From NCBI RefSeq assembly GCF_009914755.1, contig NC_060933.1: a DNA stretch of 64,000 nt; one strand, given 5' to 3'. Position 1 is the first letter of the stretch, and each line of letters starts with the position of its first letter. This document shows positions 1 to 15,486 of the stretch, in pieces. This DNA comes from the human T2T-CHM13v2.0 reference genome, Homo sapiens. The notes beneath the pieces were generated by a model that worked only from the letters and a program-made list of their open reading frames with translations, had not been told where the DNA came from and ran no database searches. Made by a program: the position numbers and the translations under genes.

Positions 1-44
1 AATGGAATGGAATGGAATGGAATGGAGTGGAGTGGAGTGGAGTG
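1..44 (+). repeat. Edge of classical satellite: (AATGG)5 then (AGTGG)3-4, HSat3-like
   Basis: Pentamer repeats read directly; the array is cut by the window start. Confidence 0.85.
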
Positions 45-386
45 CAAAAATCCTCAATAAAATACTAGCAAACCGAATCCAGCAGCAAATCAAAAAGCCT
101 ATCCACCATGATCAAATGGGCTGCATCCCTGGGATGCAATGCTTGTACAACATATGCAAATCAATAAACGTAATCCATCATATAAACAGAACCAACGTCA
201 AAAACCACGATTATCTCAATAGATGCAGAAAAGCCATTTGACAAAATTCAACAACCTTCATGCTAAAAACTCTCAATAAATTAGATACTGATGGGACGTA
301 TCTCAAAATATTAAGAGGTATTTATGACAATCCCACAGCCAATATCATACTGAATGGGCAAAACCTGGAAGCATTCCCTTTGAAAA
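43..386 (+). mobile_element. L1PA internal ORF2 (RT region) fragment, no 5' or 3' end
   Basis: Encodes [24 protein letters not shown] and [15 protein letters not shown]; collinear with 20546-20892 of the full-length L1. Confidence 0.95.
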
Positions 387-399
387 TCTCAGTTACCTT

Positions 400-640
400 T
401 CTTTTGGATATGTGTGTGAGGAAAGAGTACCTACAAACTACCCTTTTATTTAAATGCCATATACAATAAATATTAATACCTACAGTCCTCATGTTGTACA
501 TTAGATCCCTCAATTTGTTAATTCTACATATCTGCAACTTTGCATCCTTCGAATTCTCTATCTCCATTTTCTCTTCTCTCCCACAGCCCATGGTAACCAC
601 TGTTTTATACTCTATCTCTGTGTATTTAACTTTTTGTTGT
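400..640 (-). mobile_element. Old L1 (L1MA/L1MB-type) 3'UTR fragment
   Basis: Motifs 'atgttgtacattagatcc' and 'tggtaaccactgttttatactct' resemble the reverse complement of L1M 3' ends. Confidence 0.65.
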
Positions 641-1977
641 TTTTGTCCTGAGAAGTTTGTTGGGACTTTCAGCTAAGAGATAATAAGTTCTGAGTCTTGA
701 TTATCTCAAATTATACCAGGTAAGAAGTTTTACTTGTCTGGAGAGCAGAGTGCAAGTGCATAATTTTATGCAGAAGAGGGAATAAAGATAATTCTCTAAT
801 TAAAATTTGAATCAGAAATATGGCTCATATTTTTATGTGCAACAATCTCTAAGACTTCTTGGAAAGGAACTAGCTGCCTGTTTTTTTTCATTTGAATCCA
901 CTAATACATGAAGAGGATGATTCTACCATACCAATCACAAGAATGATATCTGTAGAATCAAAAGTTGAAATCCTATTATCCTAGAACTTTTTTCAGAAAA
1001 CTTAAACATGTATTGAAATGTCATGCTGCTCATATATTTTATAGCAGTGAGGAATTTACTTATTATATACTTTAGCTTTTTAGCCCTTTCCCTGCCCATT
1101 AGAAATGTTTCTTTTGAATCCAATTTTTTCCTCAGAGTTTTAGAATGTTAAGGAATGTATAGGGGTTTCTTTTTTCTTCTTTTTTTTTCAAGCTATTGTA
1201 TATTTTTACTTTACCTGTTTGGGTATGTAGTTACTATTTGTTTGGACTGTCACACCAGAAAAAAATTATAGTGAATTTTACATGTACGGAGTCTTCATTA
1301 ATCTGTATAAACTGACAAGTTTAGAATATCAAAGTCAACACTGTAAAAAATAAAGTGATATTTTATCTGGTCTATCTCCTTGCAAATAAAAGAACAATAA
1401 ATTCTGTACTATTATGAAATATAAGAGCTTCAAAATTTTTCAAGTGCCTTGTATAGAATGGCCTTCGAATTCAAGGTATAAACTACAACAAAACACTTTC
1501 GAGATCTAGTTTGATTGAAGAGTGCATTCTTACTTATTTATATATTCTCTGCAATTTCTGATTCAAGATAGTCCACAATTCTAAAGGAAAACCAAAATAA
1601 AATAATAATTACAAAACAAAATAAAAAGTAATTGAGGAAGATAGTTGAGCAACTTATTCTTGACAACTAGCTTTTTAACAAACAGAAAAGTGCACTAAAA
1701 ATACTACCTAGTTGTTTAAAGTAGGCTGAGATCTGACTGTATCCCCTAAGTGAGTGTCATAAAGAAAAAATTACCTTTGAGGGAGCAAAGTGGTTAAATT
1801 TAAAAGATTTATTGTTTAACCTCAGGAAGACTTTCAGTAACTTTTTATAAATTGTATACAGTTAATGGAAGACATGCTATGATTCTTGTAAGAATTTGTT
1901 CCAGATCACTGTGTATAATTAATGGTTTGTCTACTTATTTTTTCAATAAAACTGTTCATGAAGAATTTTAAGTATGC

Positions 1978-2125
1978 ACTTTCAGTACCAGAATGAATAT
2001 ATCTTTGTGAAGATACCATTTATGTACCATAACATCCAAAGCATAATGAGGAGACTTTGATACACTGCAGATTTAGAACTGAGTTGGAAAACAAAACTTC
2101 AACATATTGTCTTGTCAGCACAAAG
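1978..2125 (+). repeat. 148-bp direct repeat, copy 1 (in unique DNA)
   Basis: Ungapped manual match to 2723-2870 with about 11 mismatches. Confidence 0.95.
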
Positions 2126-2576
2126 CAAATAAATTCATCACTGTCAGTTGAGATTTAAATTCACAAACTTATAAGCAATAAAATCAAAGTAATTTTATTA
2201 TAAGTTTTTTGACACCAGATTATATGGGGTAAATAGTTTACTTTCTAATCAAGCAATTGATACATATAAACCTGAAATAGAGAGTTTTGCCTTTTAATTA
2301 GATACATTGTTATGCAAAGAATGGTTGAAGCTGCAGTTGAGAATTATCTTTTTCTCTTTTTGCTGTTCTTACAAGGACAGTTTCTAGAATTGTTTTCAAA
2401 ACAATAGAACAGAAAATTTCACTTACTCACTTAATTTAACTTTTGTGAAAGTACTTTGCCAAAATTAGCAAACTATGAAAGGAAAGTTTGCCTTTTCAAT
2501 ATATATGTAAGTGGCAAGTAAAAGTTGTTCTTAAATCACGTGATCTCATAGAAATAACATGGGATAAAAAGAGTTC

Positions 2577-3279
2577 TGAAGGAGTTCAGGAAATGCCAGT
2601 CCTAAATGGATTGCTTTGGTGTACTGATTACATCGAACTGAAAATATTTGAAAAATAACAACTGCGGGACATGCTTTCTCTGCACTCCCTTTACGTTCCT
2701 CAAGAGAGATCCTCCAAAAGGAACTTTCAATACCAGAATGAATGTATCTTTGTAAAGATACCATTTATCTACCATAACATCCAAAGCATGATGAGGAGAT
2801 TTTTATACACTGCAGATTTAGAACTGAATTGGAAAACAAAGCTTCAAGATACTGTCTTGTCAGCACAAAGACATTCATCTCCTTTCTAGGAGTTTCATCA
2901 GCCAGGGAAAATTGACTCCTCATATCACAGGATACAAGACTAAGAGTCCATTCCACACCAAGACAGACTGCCACAAACTATCATCTATTCTCCTAGGGGT
3001 CTGGTCATCTTTCCCAAAAGTCATTTGCTCTCCCCTAAGTTTCCTACATTCTTCCTCCTGCCTTCCCTATAAGCTCCTAAATCTCACTGGGGTTTTTTCT
3101 TGGTGGTGTCTTGTTTGTTTTGTTTTGTTTTTGATTCCACTTTTCTTTCCTGTGATTCCCCCATGTGTGTAATAAATGTGTACACATTTTCTTCTTTTGA
3201 CATGCCTGTTATCCATTTATTCAATAGACTCAGTTATCATACCTTCAGAGGGTAGAGGGAAAGGTCTCCAAGTCCTACA
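2577..3279 (+). mobile_element. ERV1 solo LTR (MER34-group-like) carrying a 148-bp insertion
   Basis: Starts TGAAGGAGTTCAGG, ends CCTACA, contains AATAAA near 3170; 4-bp TSD GTTC at 2573-2576 and 3280-3283. Confidence 0.8.
2723..2870 (+). repeat. 148-bp direct repeat, copy 2 (inside the LTR)
   Basis: Matches 1978-2125. Confidence 0.95.
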
Positions 3280-4906
3280 GTTCCAAAAGAAAATAGCTAG
3301 TAACAGCAAATGCAAAAGTCATATAAACTTTGAGACAAAGTTAGCTTCTTATACGGTACGTTCAGAAAGAAGAGGTGTGTTGCACACCAAGGGACATTTC
3401 CCTGGTCTTAGCTACTAAGTTTCTCTGAGAAGAAGCAGTTACTACTACAGCAGTTAAACAACTGACTCCCAAATTATAAAAGCCTAAGTGTTGAGATTAA
3501 ATCATTAGTTGTCACCTGTGAATCATAAAGTCTGAACTCTTTAAATTGCAAACACACATAGAAAAGCGATCTTACACAGGGATCCATGAGTGGAACTGCA
3601 AAGTTTTGTCAAAATGTATATATATGTTTTCTTTTTAAGGGTCATAGATTTCAATATATGTTAAAAGATATCTGGAGCTAGTAAAGATTAATAACCATTT
3701 TCAGTTTTGTGCTGAAATTGGCAAATCATGGCTTTTCTCCCTCCAACACACCCCCACCCGCCTCAGCATACCACTGGTTAATCTTTATTTTCGGGAGAGA
3801 AAAAGATGTTTCATATGAATAAAGGTAAATTATACACTTGTTTGTTTTATACTTTTCCACCTCTTAAGCTTAATCGTGTTTTAATAATGTATAATTTAAT
3901 ACATTAATATTTAGATGTTAGTAAACTAATAACAAATGCTCCTTATTTCTCTTGAGTAGAGGAATACAAATTTTTCACCTGTTGTTGTATAGGATGATTT
4001 TTAAAATCTCATTCAATCTCTCAGAAGTTTAAGGTTTTTTTCAAGAATTTATATATAAAATTTTTACTCAGAAGCAGATAGCTCACAAAAAGTATGGGGT
4101 TTTTTTGGATTATAAATAAACTATTCCACTCACCAATATGCTGAGACATCCTACTTTCTGGTATTTTGAAATAAAAACAAAACACAAGAATGTGACGATG
4201 AAGCAAGTGAAAATTAAAAGGGTACAGACTTTAGAAGTATCATAAGCTAAAAATAAAATGAAACAAATCTGTAAAGGAACCAAAAGCCCAGGCAGATATA
4301 ATACAGTAAATTATGAGAAGCTAAAAAAATTAGGAGGTGATAAACAATAAAGTGAAAATCTCTGATAAAGCCAAAACTACTTGAATGCCAGTCAACAAAA
4401 CAGAAGAAAAAAATGACACTCATAACAAGGCAGAACTATGGAAATGCATCCCTGGGGGTAAGATAATAGAGTTGCGAATTAGTGGAGGTGGATCACCAAT
4501 ACTGGCCAAATAAAGCCCGCTAACATAATTCAAAGAATGGAGAAATTCTGTAGCTGAAGATAAAAAGTCTGAAATACATTATGGTATAGTCAAATGAGTG
4601 TCATTTCTAATAGACACACTTATTTTTCAAGAGTTGATAATATGAAGTAAAAATTTAGTATGCAAAGTTCAAATTTTCCATTTGTTGAGTAATTCATTTT
4701 TATTAAATATTTTCCAACAATTAAACTAAAGTGGTACCAGAACGGAGTAGACATTCTGAGCTTTCACTTTACAAAAGCTGCACATAAATCTACGTACTTC
4801 TTAAGGGTATAAACAAAGTCAGAGCCTGTGTGATATTTCAATAAACAATTGGAGAAAAATTTTTTTAAGAATAGATTATATACATATTGACCTCTTTGAG
4901 AACCTT

Positions 4907-4909
<3 letters not shown>

Positions 4910-4956
<47 letters not shown>
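4910..4956. repeat. (TG)n microsatellite, ~23 units
   Basis: Read directly. Confidence 0.98.
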
Positions 4957-4957
<1 letters not shown>

Positions 4958-4970
4958 ACATATGTTTTCA

Positions 4971-7066
<2,096 letters not shown>

Positions 7067-8634
7067 CAGAATCTGGGTCTTAACCAGATTTGCCATTATA
7101 AAATGAAATGAAATCAAAACCACCAGTCAATATCTGTAGCAGTGTTATTGTTGGGGAGCATGCACGTTTTTTTGAGCTTACTTATATATACAGAGCTGTT
7201 TAGCTTAATCTTTAAATTGAAAATTTTTAGTATTTTTAGAATGTTTTAGATACTTTGATGAATAAATTTTGTGTTAACAAACTACTATTAAAAAAACTTA
7301 TAGATTATATATTTCTGAACACATCGGCAGATGTAACTGACAAAGTTATATTCACACAATCAGTTTTTCTTGCACAGAATTGACATTTTGTCAAAAAGTT
7401 AAAATCTTTGAAAGGCATTTTCTGTCCTCATCTTTCCCCTTTTGAGCATTTGTCCCCCTGGGTTGGTTATAAAATGCTCCCTAACTTCAGGCATCTGGTT
7501 AAGTTTTGGGGTTTCTCCCTTCCTACCAACTCATATGGATTGGTAATGATCTGATAGAAGACAATTGCCAAAAATCAATCAAATATGTTTTAAATGAAAC
7601 TTCTCCAATATAATATTCATATTAATCCTTCTTTAATTGCTGAATGAGTAATAATTGTTCACTGACCCTTAAAATCCTAAAACTTAATCAGCTCACTGGA
7701 GTGGATGAATGGATATTTGTCTAGATGAGAATGCTTAAGGTCTACTTCAAGGAGTTCATAATAGTAAAAATGTCCTTTTTTTCCATGAGAAACTTCATCC
7801 TGGATCTTTTCATCCTTGTTTTTCTACTAGCTCTCCTTCTCCAAATACACTGACTTGGAACCCCAGTTTCAGTGGTGGACTGCGTGGATTTGATTCTAAG
7901 CTATGCTATAATGAGAAAGTAGCTCTAACCCTATTCTCATTTTCTTCACCTGTAATATAGAAATCATCATCAGACAGTATACAGATAGGGGCCAGTTATT
8001 TCACAGATAATAATAGGTGAAAATGGAGAGTATGTGGGTGTAGACATGGGAAAGTGAGTTTAAATGGTTTCAGCAGTCTGTAGGAATTGTCTTTGGGTGA
8101 TTCAATGTGCTCAGGGAAGCACAACCAAAAAGACATTGAGGATTTCTGGGGAAGTGTTAGGGATTAGAGACAGGATAAGATACAAAACTAGGTAAATTAG
8201 AGAGTGAATAGATTGGAACATATGTAGTATGATTGATTGATAGGCAGCACTCAGATTCTCAGTTTCAAGTGGAATATTTTTCAATTTGATCCATATAGTT
8301 AGTTGCTAAAATATATGTGGGGATTTGGTGGAAATTTGGATCTAACCAGGGTTATTTTCCTGGTTAGATTCAGCAAAGTGAAAGAGAAACAAGGAAGTTG
8401 AAATTTCCTGGGAATGGTTGGCCATGGAATTTAGGCAGGAGAACAGGAAATAGAGCACATCAGTAGGTAAGGGTCATTATGAATATGATAAAATAATAGT
8501 TTGGAGGTCTCAGAGAGATTGAAAAATTTTGTCAGAGTATGAAAGGGAATGATTAAAGGAGGAGCTCAGAGAATGGGATGAATGAAATTGTGACTACAGA
8601 GAAGTTGCTATTATAAGTAACGACGATGCTTCAC

Positions 8635-8828
8635 TCAGTCCCTCTGGAAGTGTGGTCCCTGTGCTAGCAGCAACAGCATCAACTGGGAACTTACTAGAAC
8701 TGCATATTCTCAGATTACACCCCCAGATCTACCAAATCTGAAATTCCAATAGCAGGTCTCAGCAATCTCTTATTGTAACACAACTGTAGGCAATTTTGAG
8801 GCACACAGTAGTTAGCACAACTGGTCTA
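8635..8828 (+). mobile_element. MER5A-like hAT-Charlie MITE
   Basis: 'aagtgtggtccc..cagcatcaactgggaacttactagaa..gcatattctcag..aatctgaaattc' pattern. Confidence 0.7.
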
Positions 8829-8829
8829 G

Positions 8830-9520
8830 TGTATGTCCTATTTGGTCTTCCTCCCCGGTTCACAGTACAGAGCTCCTAAAACTTGAAATTTCCTGAGAGA
8901 GATGAGAGGACCATCCTTTACTAGTCATAAGTCCCTCTTAGCCATACCTGAGTTTATGCTATTGACATGACATGAGTGGTGGCTGGAGACCCGTATAGCT
9001 TCAGGGAGGGTGCTCGACACCAGAAACATGAAGGCATAACTAGATGGTTGAAACTGTCAGCCCTCTCCTCCATCACCTCTGAGGTGCTGGGAGGGTGATA
9101 CAATTATATACTTAGAGGTCATATGGAAGCTTTGTGCCCCTTTTCACCATACCTGGCCCTATGTGTCTCTTCTATTTGACAGTTCCTGATTTGTATCAGA
9201 CAGTAACTGTAAGCAAAGTGCTTTCTTGGGTTCTGTGCGCCATCTTAGCAAATTATAGAACCTGGGGAAGGAATCCATGGAAGTCCTAATTTATAGCCAG
9301 TTGGTCAGGAGTATGGGAGGCCCACAACTCCTCTCTAATGGTGGGGGGGCAGTCTTGTGGGCCTGAACCCTGAACTTGTGGGATATGATGCTATCTCCAG
9401 ATAGATAGTCTCAGGATTGAATTGAATTGTAGGACACCATTTGGTGTCCTGAGAGTTGAAAAATTGATTGGGGTGAGACTAAATCCACAAATTTCATCTC
9501 AGAAGTTTGAGTAGAAATAA
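8830..9520 (+). mobile_element. MER21-family LTR
   Basis: 'cagagctcctaaaac..aatttcctgag', 'tttatagccagttggtcag', 'ccagatagatagtctcaggattgaattgaattgtaggacacc'. Confidence 0.75.
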
Positions 9521-10354
9521 TTCTGTTGGAAAACATTATCATTAGATCAAAGGTGTTAATAGAACTGAGAGATCAAAATGGCAAAGAGTCATCTATGATT
9601 AAACATTGTTGACATAAACTAGAATTAAGACAAGAGTATGTCAAAGAGAGTTACATTGAGCCAGGGATGAAAATAGTCAATCGATTGATTAGAATTTAGT
9701 AAATGCTATTTTTTGAAAAATTAATCTTCACTTAATTAATGGAGATACTTAATTATCTCCATTTTGACTTTAAATTTATAACTAAAAAATTGCTATTTTA
9801 TCTATTTTCCATAAATGGAAATTGAAAAGAATAGCAAAATGCTTCGACAGAAAATCTGCCCTTCTTTTTCCCAAGAGGAAGAATGGCCAACTACCTTAAG
9901 CAAAAAGTTAGAAAAACTTTCATAATTTTTTAAGTTGCCATATTTTATAGCTTTGAAAAAGTTGAATTATTAACTAGACTGCCCAGGGAATGGAGCCATC
10001 TAATATAATTTCCTTACTATTTAGATAAAATCTTTGTTGTTGAAAATCTTAATCATTTTTAATGATCCCGTTTTCAGAGCCTGATATTAATGATTCGTGA
10101 AACTCATTAAATGCAGTTATGCATCTGATTTGAAAATCATGAGGGAGATTTTTGGTCAGATATGCATAGCAAATCTATGTCACTAGACATAAGTCCCTTC
10201 TACCCATGCCACAACCTTTATGTCTACTCTTGAATTGAGATTTTGCTACGTTTTATTTTTGAGGTTTAAGAATTATTCATTTAACTGACGGAAAATTGTG
10301 TTTCTCTTGTTAGAATAGAGCCCAATTTATCTTTTCTATTTTTCATGGAGACAT

Positions 10355-10580
10355 GAAAGGATGTGAATTTGGAATCAGAGAAACCTGAGTTCCACCATGC
10401 TTTCTTCCTCTTGCAAGCCATGAAATCCACAGTGGGTTAGTGGATATTACAAAACCTCTCGTCCCACCTTATTAAGATGGAAAAAAATAATACTAATTGA
10501 AAGAATGAATGTGATAATGAGAAGAAATGGTATCAATAAAGTTTCTGGAACACAGTAAGTTGTAACAAATGCTAGTTCTT
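10355..10580 (+). mobile_element. MIR, degraded
   Basis: 'ttggaatcagagaaacctgagttc' and 'ctggaacacagtaag..caaatgctag'. Confidence 0.55.
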
Positions 10581-12662
10581 TTCTTTCATTATTCAAAATC
10601 TAAGTAGAAGCCAGTTGGTAATTCCAAGATAATAGTATGAAGACAAAAAAAATGTTTGTTAACTGACCTTCAACCATTGAGACCTTATCTTATAGGAAGC
10701 AAAATTAACAAATATTTTCTCCCTTCTACAAATGTATACCCTCGGAGAAAGAGAGACAGTGTTCCAATCAAGACGATGACAGTATTCTGTGCACACATAG
10801 GAAGGGAAGAAGAATAAGAGAGAACCTTTAAAAAGACAATTTTAGATAGGCACCCTATTTTTACCGGCAATAACATTTTGTAGAACTTAAGGCATACAAA
10901 ATAGACCTTAAATGGACTCAGTGCTGAGAAATTTTTATAAGGGTGCTTTATTTTCTTCTATGGTATATCTAGGAACCAATAAAATAGCTTTGATAATTCA
11001 CTCATTACATTCTTTCCTAACTAAACTATTTACATTATAAACTTTGCTGATATGCTGTGCTTTTGCATTAATAATTCTCATGTGTCTCATTTGTGAATAC
11101 ATGAAAACTAGTTGTAAAATAAGGAAAATGTAATTTTGAACCATCTTCAAAAACAGTTGCATAATTTAACAAATGTTTATAAATTTTCGTCCTTACTCTA
11201 AAACCATAGATATCCTAAAAGTGATTGAAGGTAAAATGATTTCTTTAAAGAACTGGATTTCTCACCATGAGTTATTTTATCTCCATACAAACTGTGGTAG
11301 TGTTATACAATGGTTAAGAAGAAATTACTTAAAAGTGAGAATAAAGATACAGCTATTAACACTTCATTTTGTGGATGAGACCTGAAAAATTAAACTTTTC
11401 TTCTAGAGATAAGTTGTAGTTGTGTATATAGAGTGTGAATAGATAGTGTCCATATTTTACTGTCATTATTTAAACAGAAACATGTAATTTGCACTTCAAA
11501 AACCTAGTACAAATTAGCTGTGTCATTTGGAAGTGTCAAAATTATCTCATTAATGATCAGATAGGCTTTTGGCTCATTGTAATGAGATGTTCCTATATAC
11601 CTAATTTGAAAGACAAAGACACAGTTTGGAGTCTTTAATTCTTGGTAAAATCAGTAGCTCTATTTAGGGATATATTTGCAAAATACTATTTCTACTCAAG
11701 CATATTTTTATTTACAAGGCACTTCACAAATGTTGACCACAAAGATGTTTCTACCTAGCAGAAATAATTATAGTTACATATAGTTGTCTAGGAATATCTT
11801 AAACATGGGGTATTAAAATAACTTTCAAGAACAAGAAGAAATGTTATACCAGGCATTTTTGCAACTAGTGCTCTATTTCAGTGCAATATTTGTGGCAATT
11901 AAAAAACTTAAATGGCTTGGATATATAGCTAAGATAACAAAGGAAAAACATGCAAAGGAATGATTATTTTATAAATGTGCCACATATGTGATTTGAGATA
12001 CAAATCCTCTAAGTTTAAACTTGTCTTTTTAAAAAAGAAATCAAAACAGACAAGTGGGCAATGAGTTATGGATACTATTATAGGGTACCCTGATAAACTA
12101 GTAAGAAGACGACTTTTGGTACTGAAAATTCCAATTAACCACATGCCCCCATTAAGGCCATGATCACTGCCAATTTTTACTCACAAAGGCTGGAGCTAGA
12201 GTTATATGGAATTCCATATGTATCTAAACCATAGATTTATCAATTATCACTTAAACACAACTTGGAGGACACTATCCAGAATTTGTAGGGCTTGGCCTTA
12301 TTCTAGAGAAACATACACTGGAATAGGCAGTTGGATTTTAAATTCAGTCTTAGATCTGTTGAAAATAATGCATTTTTTTCTCAGAGATGAGATACTGTTC
12401 AACTCTTTTGACTTATTTTAGATTTGATATTATACAGTTCGAACACCATGGAGATTTACTAATCTGAATGAACACATACCAAATTAATCTTTGCTCCAGT
12501 CTCAAAATCTGAGATTAATTCTGGCTGCTGAAGAAATTTTCCAGTGTTAGGAGTATGCTTCAATGCTGGTGACCGGTACTACTTTCTGGTAAACTATAGA
12601 TGACATGTGCACTTTCATTGCCTAAACTCACTTTGTAGAACACCATTAAATGAAAATCATCA

Positions 12663-12948
<286 letters not shown>

Positions 12949-12973
12949 ATTGTCAGTGTTCAGTGACTCTTTT

Positions 12974-13046
12974 TTTTCATGCTGATAAACTATTACACAG
13001 GAAAATAAAATTTTCATGCTGATAAACTATTACACAGAAAAAGAAA
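12974..13046 (+). repeat. 37-bp tandem duplication
   Basis: TTTTCATGCTGATAAACTATTACACAG at 12974 and 13011. Confidence 0.93.
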
Positions 13047-13105
13047 TGTATCCATTATGGACAATTAAAAGGGCTATACAATCTCTCTCATAGTATGATT
13101 CTGGT

Positions 13106-13424
13106 TTTCTTTCTTTTTCTTTTCTCTTTTTCTTTTTTTTTAAGACAGGATCTCACTCTGTCACCCAGGCTGGAATGCAGTGGCTCTATCTTGGCTCACT
13201 GCAACCTCAGCCTCCCGGGTTCAAGCTATTCTCCTGCCTTAGCCTCCTGAGTAGCTAGGAATAAAGGCATTCACCACCACGCCAGCTAATTTGTGTATTT
13301 TTTTAATACAGGTGGGGTTTTGCCATGTTGCCCAGGCTGGTCTTGAATTCCTGACCTCAAATGATCCTCCCGCCTCGGCCTCCCTAAGTGTTGGCACTAC
13401 AGGCATAAGCCACCATGCTTGGCC
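13106..13424 (-). mobile_element. Alu (AluS)
   Basis: Full dimer; TSD TGATTCTG.. at 13096 and 13425. Confidence 0.95.
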
Positions 13425-15032
13425 TGATTCTGTTTTTTAACACAATTCTTATTACTTCTGTTTTAATTTTACAAAGCCATAGGTTTTTAATCTGGGCAAC
13501 CTTTGAGAAAGCATCCAGATAAATTTATAAATAGAAAAATAAATTCAGATACATAGAATTAAGTTTATGATCTAACAAGTGGGTGGCAACTGAAAACTTT
13601 CCAAGTTCCATAAACTGAAGTGAAAGGATCACTTTTCTGAAAATATTACAAAGGCTTGATAATTACCTGGATTGTACTAAAACCTACACAATCTAGTATA
13701 TTCTATAGCAGCAATTCATAAAGACAGCTTCACTTACCATGTAGAATTTATATGTACACTAAATTTAAGGAATGTGTTACTTGCTATTGGAGTAGGATAA
13801 TAAACTCCCAGCAGAACTGATTTTCATGAATGCCTATTAAACTATCATTGATGTAGAAATTAAACAATATATTAAGCTATTCAGCCCCAGATGTGTGAGA
13901 GACAGAGAAAAACTTCAAAAGAGTTCAGCTACCAAATCCCTTCCTCAATAGCTCTTTGAGTCTCAAGACAGTTTCAACCACACACACCCTCAGAGTCTTA
14001 TGGTCCAAACAACATTTGACTGCAGCTCTAAAGTAAGCAAACATTTGAAAATAAACAATCAAAGATCTATGCCTGTAGTTATGGTCAAGGAGGTCCACCT
14101 ACTGGTGGGTGAGCATGGCAAGGATAGGGACTAAGCCAAATGATGGGTTTACCAAAACAGAAACAAGAGAAGTCATTGGAAGCACAGTCCAGGTTATAAC
14201 AGGAGCCCAGGCACTTGATGTGGGAACCCTATTTGTCTCATTCAGCACCTAGAGTTTTAACGTCCTATGAGGCACAGCTAATGCCCTTCATTATTTTTTT
14301 GTAATTGACTGCATAGTTTAGAACTATGTCTTGAATTTAATATCTATCTGTTGAATAAATGAATTAATAATGATGAAAATCTGTCCACAGGTTATGTGCA
14401 GTACTGAAGAGCAACTTCAACTATTGAGGTATCTATCAGAAGTCTTACTCTCTAAAAAGCCTCTGGTTAGTTACTGATATACGTTGCTGATAATTTCACT
14501 CTCACAACGTAGGTGAAGCAGGAATGTTATCTGGCCTCTTGGCTCCTCTTCCTTTGCCTTCCACAGATCTCTCTGCTGGTTCACAGAGGAACACTTTCGT
14601 GGCTCTCAGTTCATTTTGCAATTCTGCTAGAATCTCTTTCCATTCTCAGTTGTAACTAGCTTGTCCTTCACCCAACGCTTATTTACGGAGGGACAGATAG
14701 CAAGAAGAAATCGCACTCTGGATTACAAAGTGGGAAGACGCACCCCTTGGCCAGAATCCCTGCCTCCTATGTTCATGATGGATATTTCTAATTGATCTCG
14801 GCACTCTTTTCCATTGAGCCCATGTCCCAAATTGGCCGTGAGTTAGGGAGAGGGCTCTAGAGTGGGAAAGGTGTACCCAAAACTTCCCTAATCTGACTAT
14901 CAAGACTAAAAAATTAAACTTTCAATTCAACATCCCTTGTTTCTCCAACTTGGAGTGCCTGATGGTGTGGGAAGCCCCTACTCATAAAAATTCATAGTTG
15001 AAGATTGTTGGTAATTTTGCCCAACCTCCTTC

Positions 15033-15486
15033 TTTTTTTGTTATTATACTTTAAGTTCTAGGGTACATGTGCACAACTTGCAGGTTCATTACATATGTAT
15101 ACATGTGACATGTTGGTGTGCTGCACCCATTAACTCGTCATTTACATTAGGTATAACCCCTAATGCTTTTCCTCCCCTAGCCCGTCACCCCACAACAGGC
15201 ACCAGTGTGTGATGTTCCCCTTCCTGTGTCCATGTGTACTGATTGTTTAATTCCCACCTATGAGTGAGAACATGTGGTGTTTGGTTTTTTTGTCCTTGTG
15301 ATAGTTTGCTGAGAATGATGGTTTCCAGCTTCATCCTTGTCCCTACAAAGGACATGAACTCATCATTTTTATGGTTGCATAGTATTCCATGGTGTATATG
15401 TGCCACATTTTCTTAATCCAGTCTATCATTGTTGGACATTTCAGTTGGTTCCAAGTCTTTGCTATTGTCAGTAGTGCCTCAATAAA
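15033..15486 (-). mobile_element. Short 5'-truncated L1PA 3' end
   Basis: L1 3'UTR; TSD CTCCTTCTTT at 15026-15035 and 15487-15496. Confidence 0.95.

Noticed and set aside
371-386. The first L1 fragment ends at nearly the same ORF2 position (CATTCCC) where the antisense L1 is cut at 49367
   Set aside because: The pieces look like different subfamilies (L1PA versus L1PB-like) and the first extends past the putative TSD, so this is probably coincidence, not two halves of one element.
7880-8620. Probable MIR/L2 remnants (also ~14200-14370, 25010-25480, 30700-31540)
   Set aside because: Too degraded to assign family or boundaries by eye.
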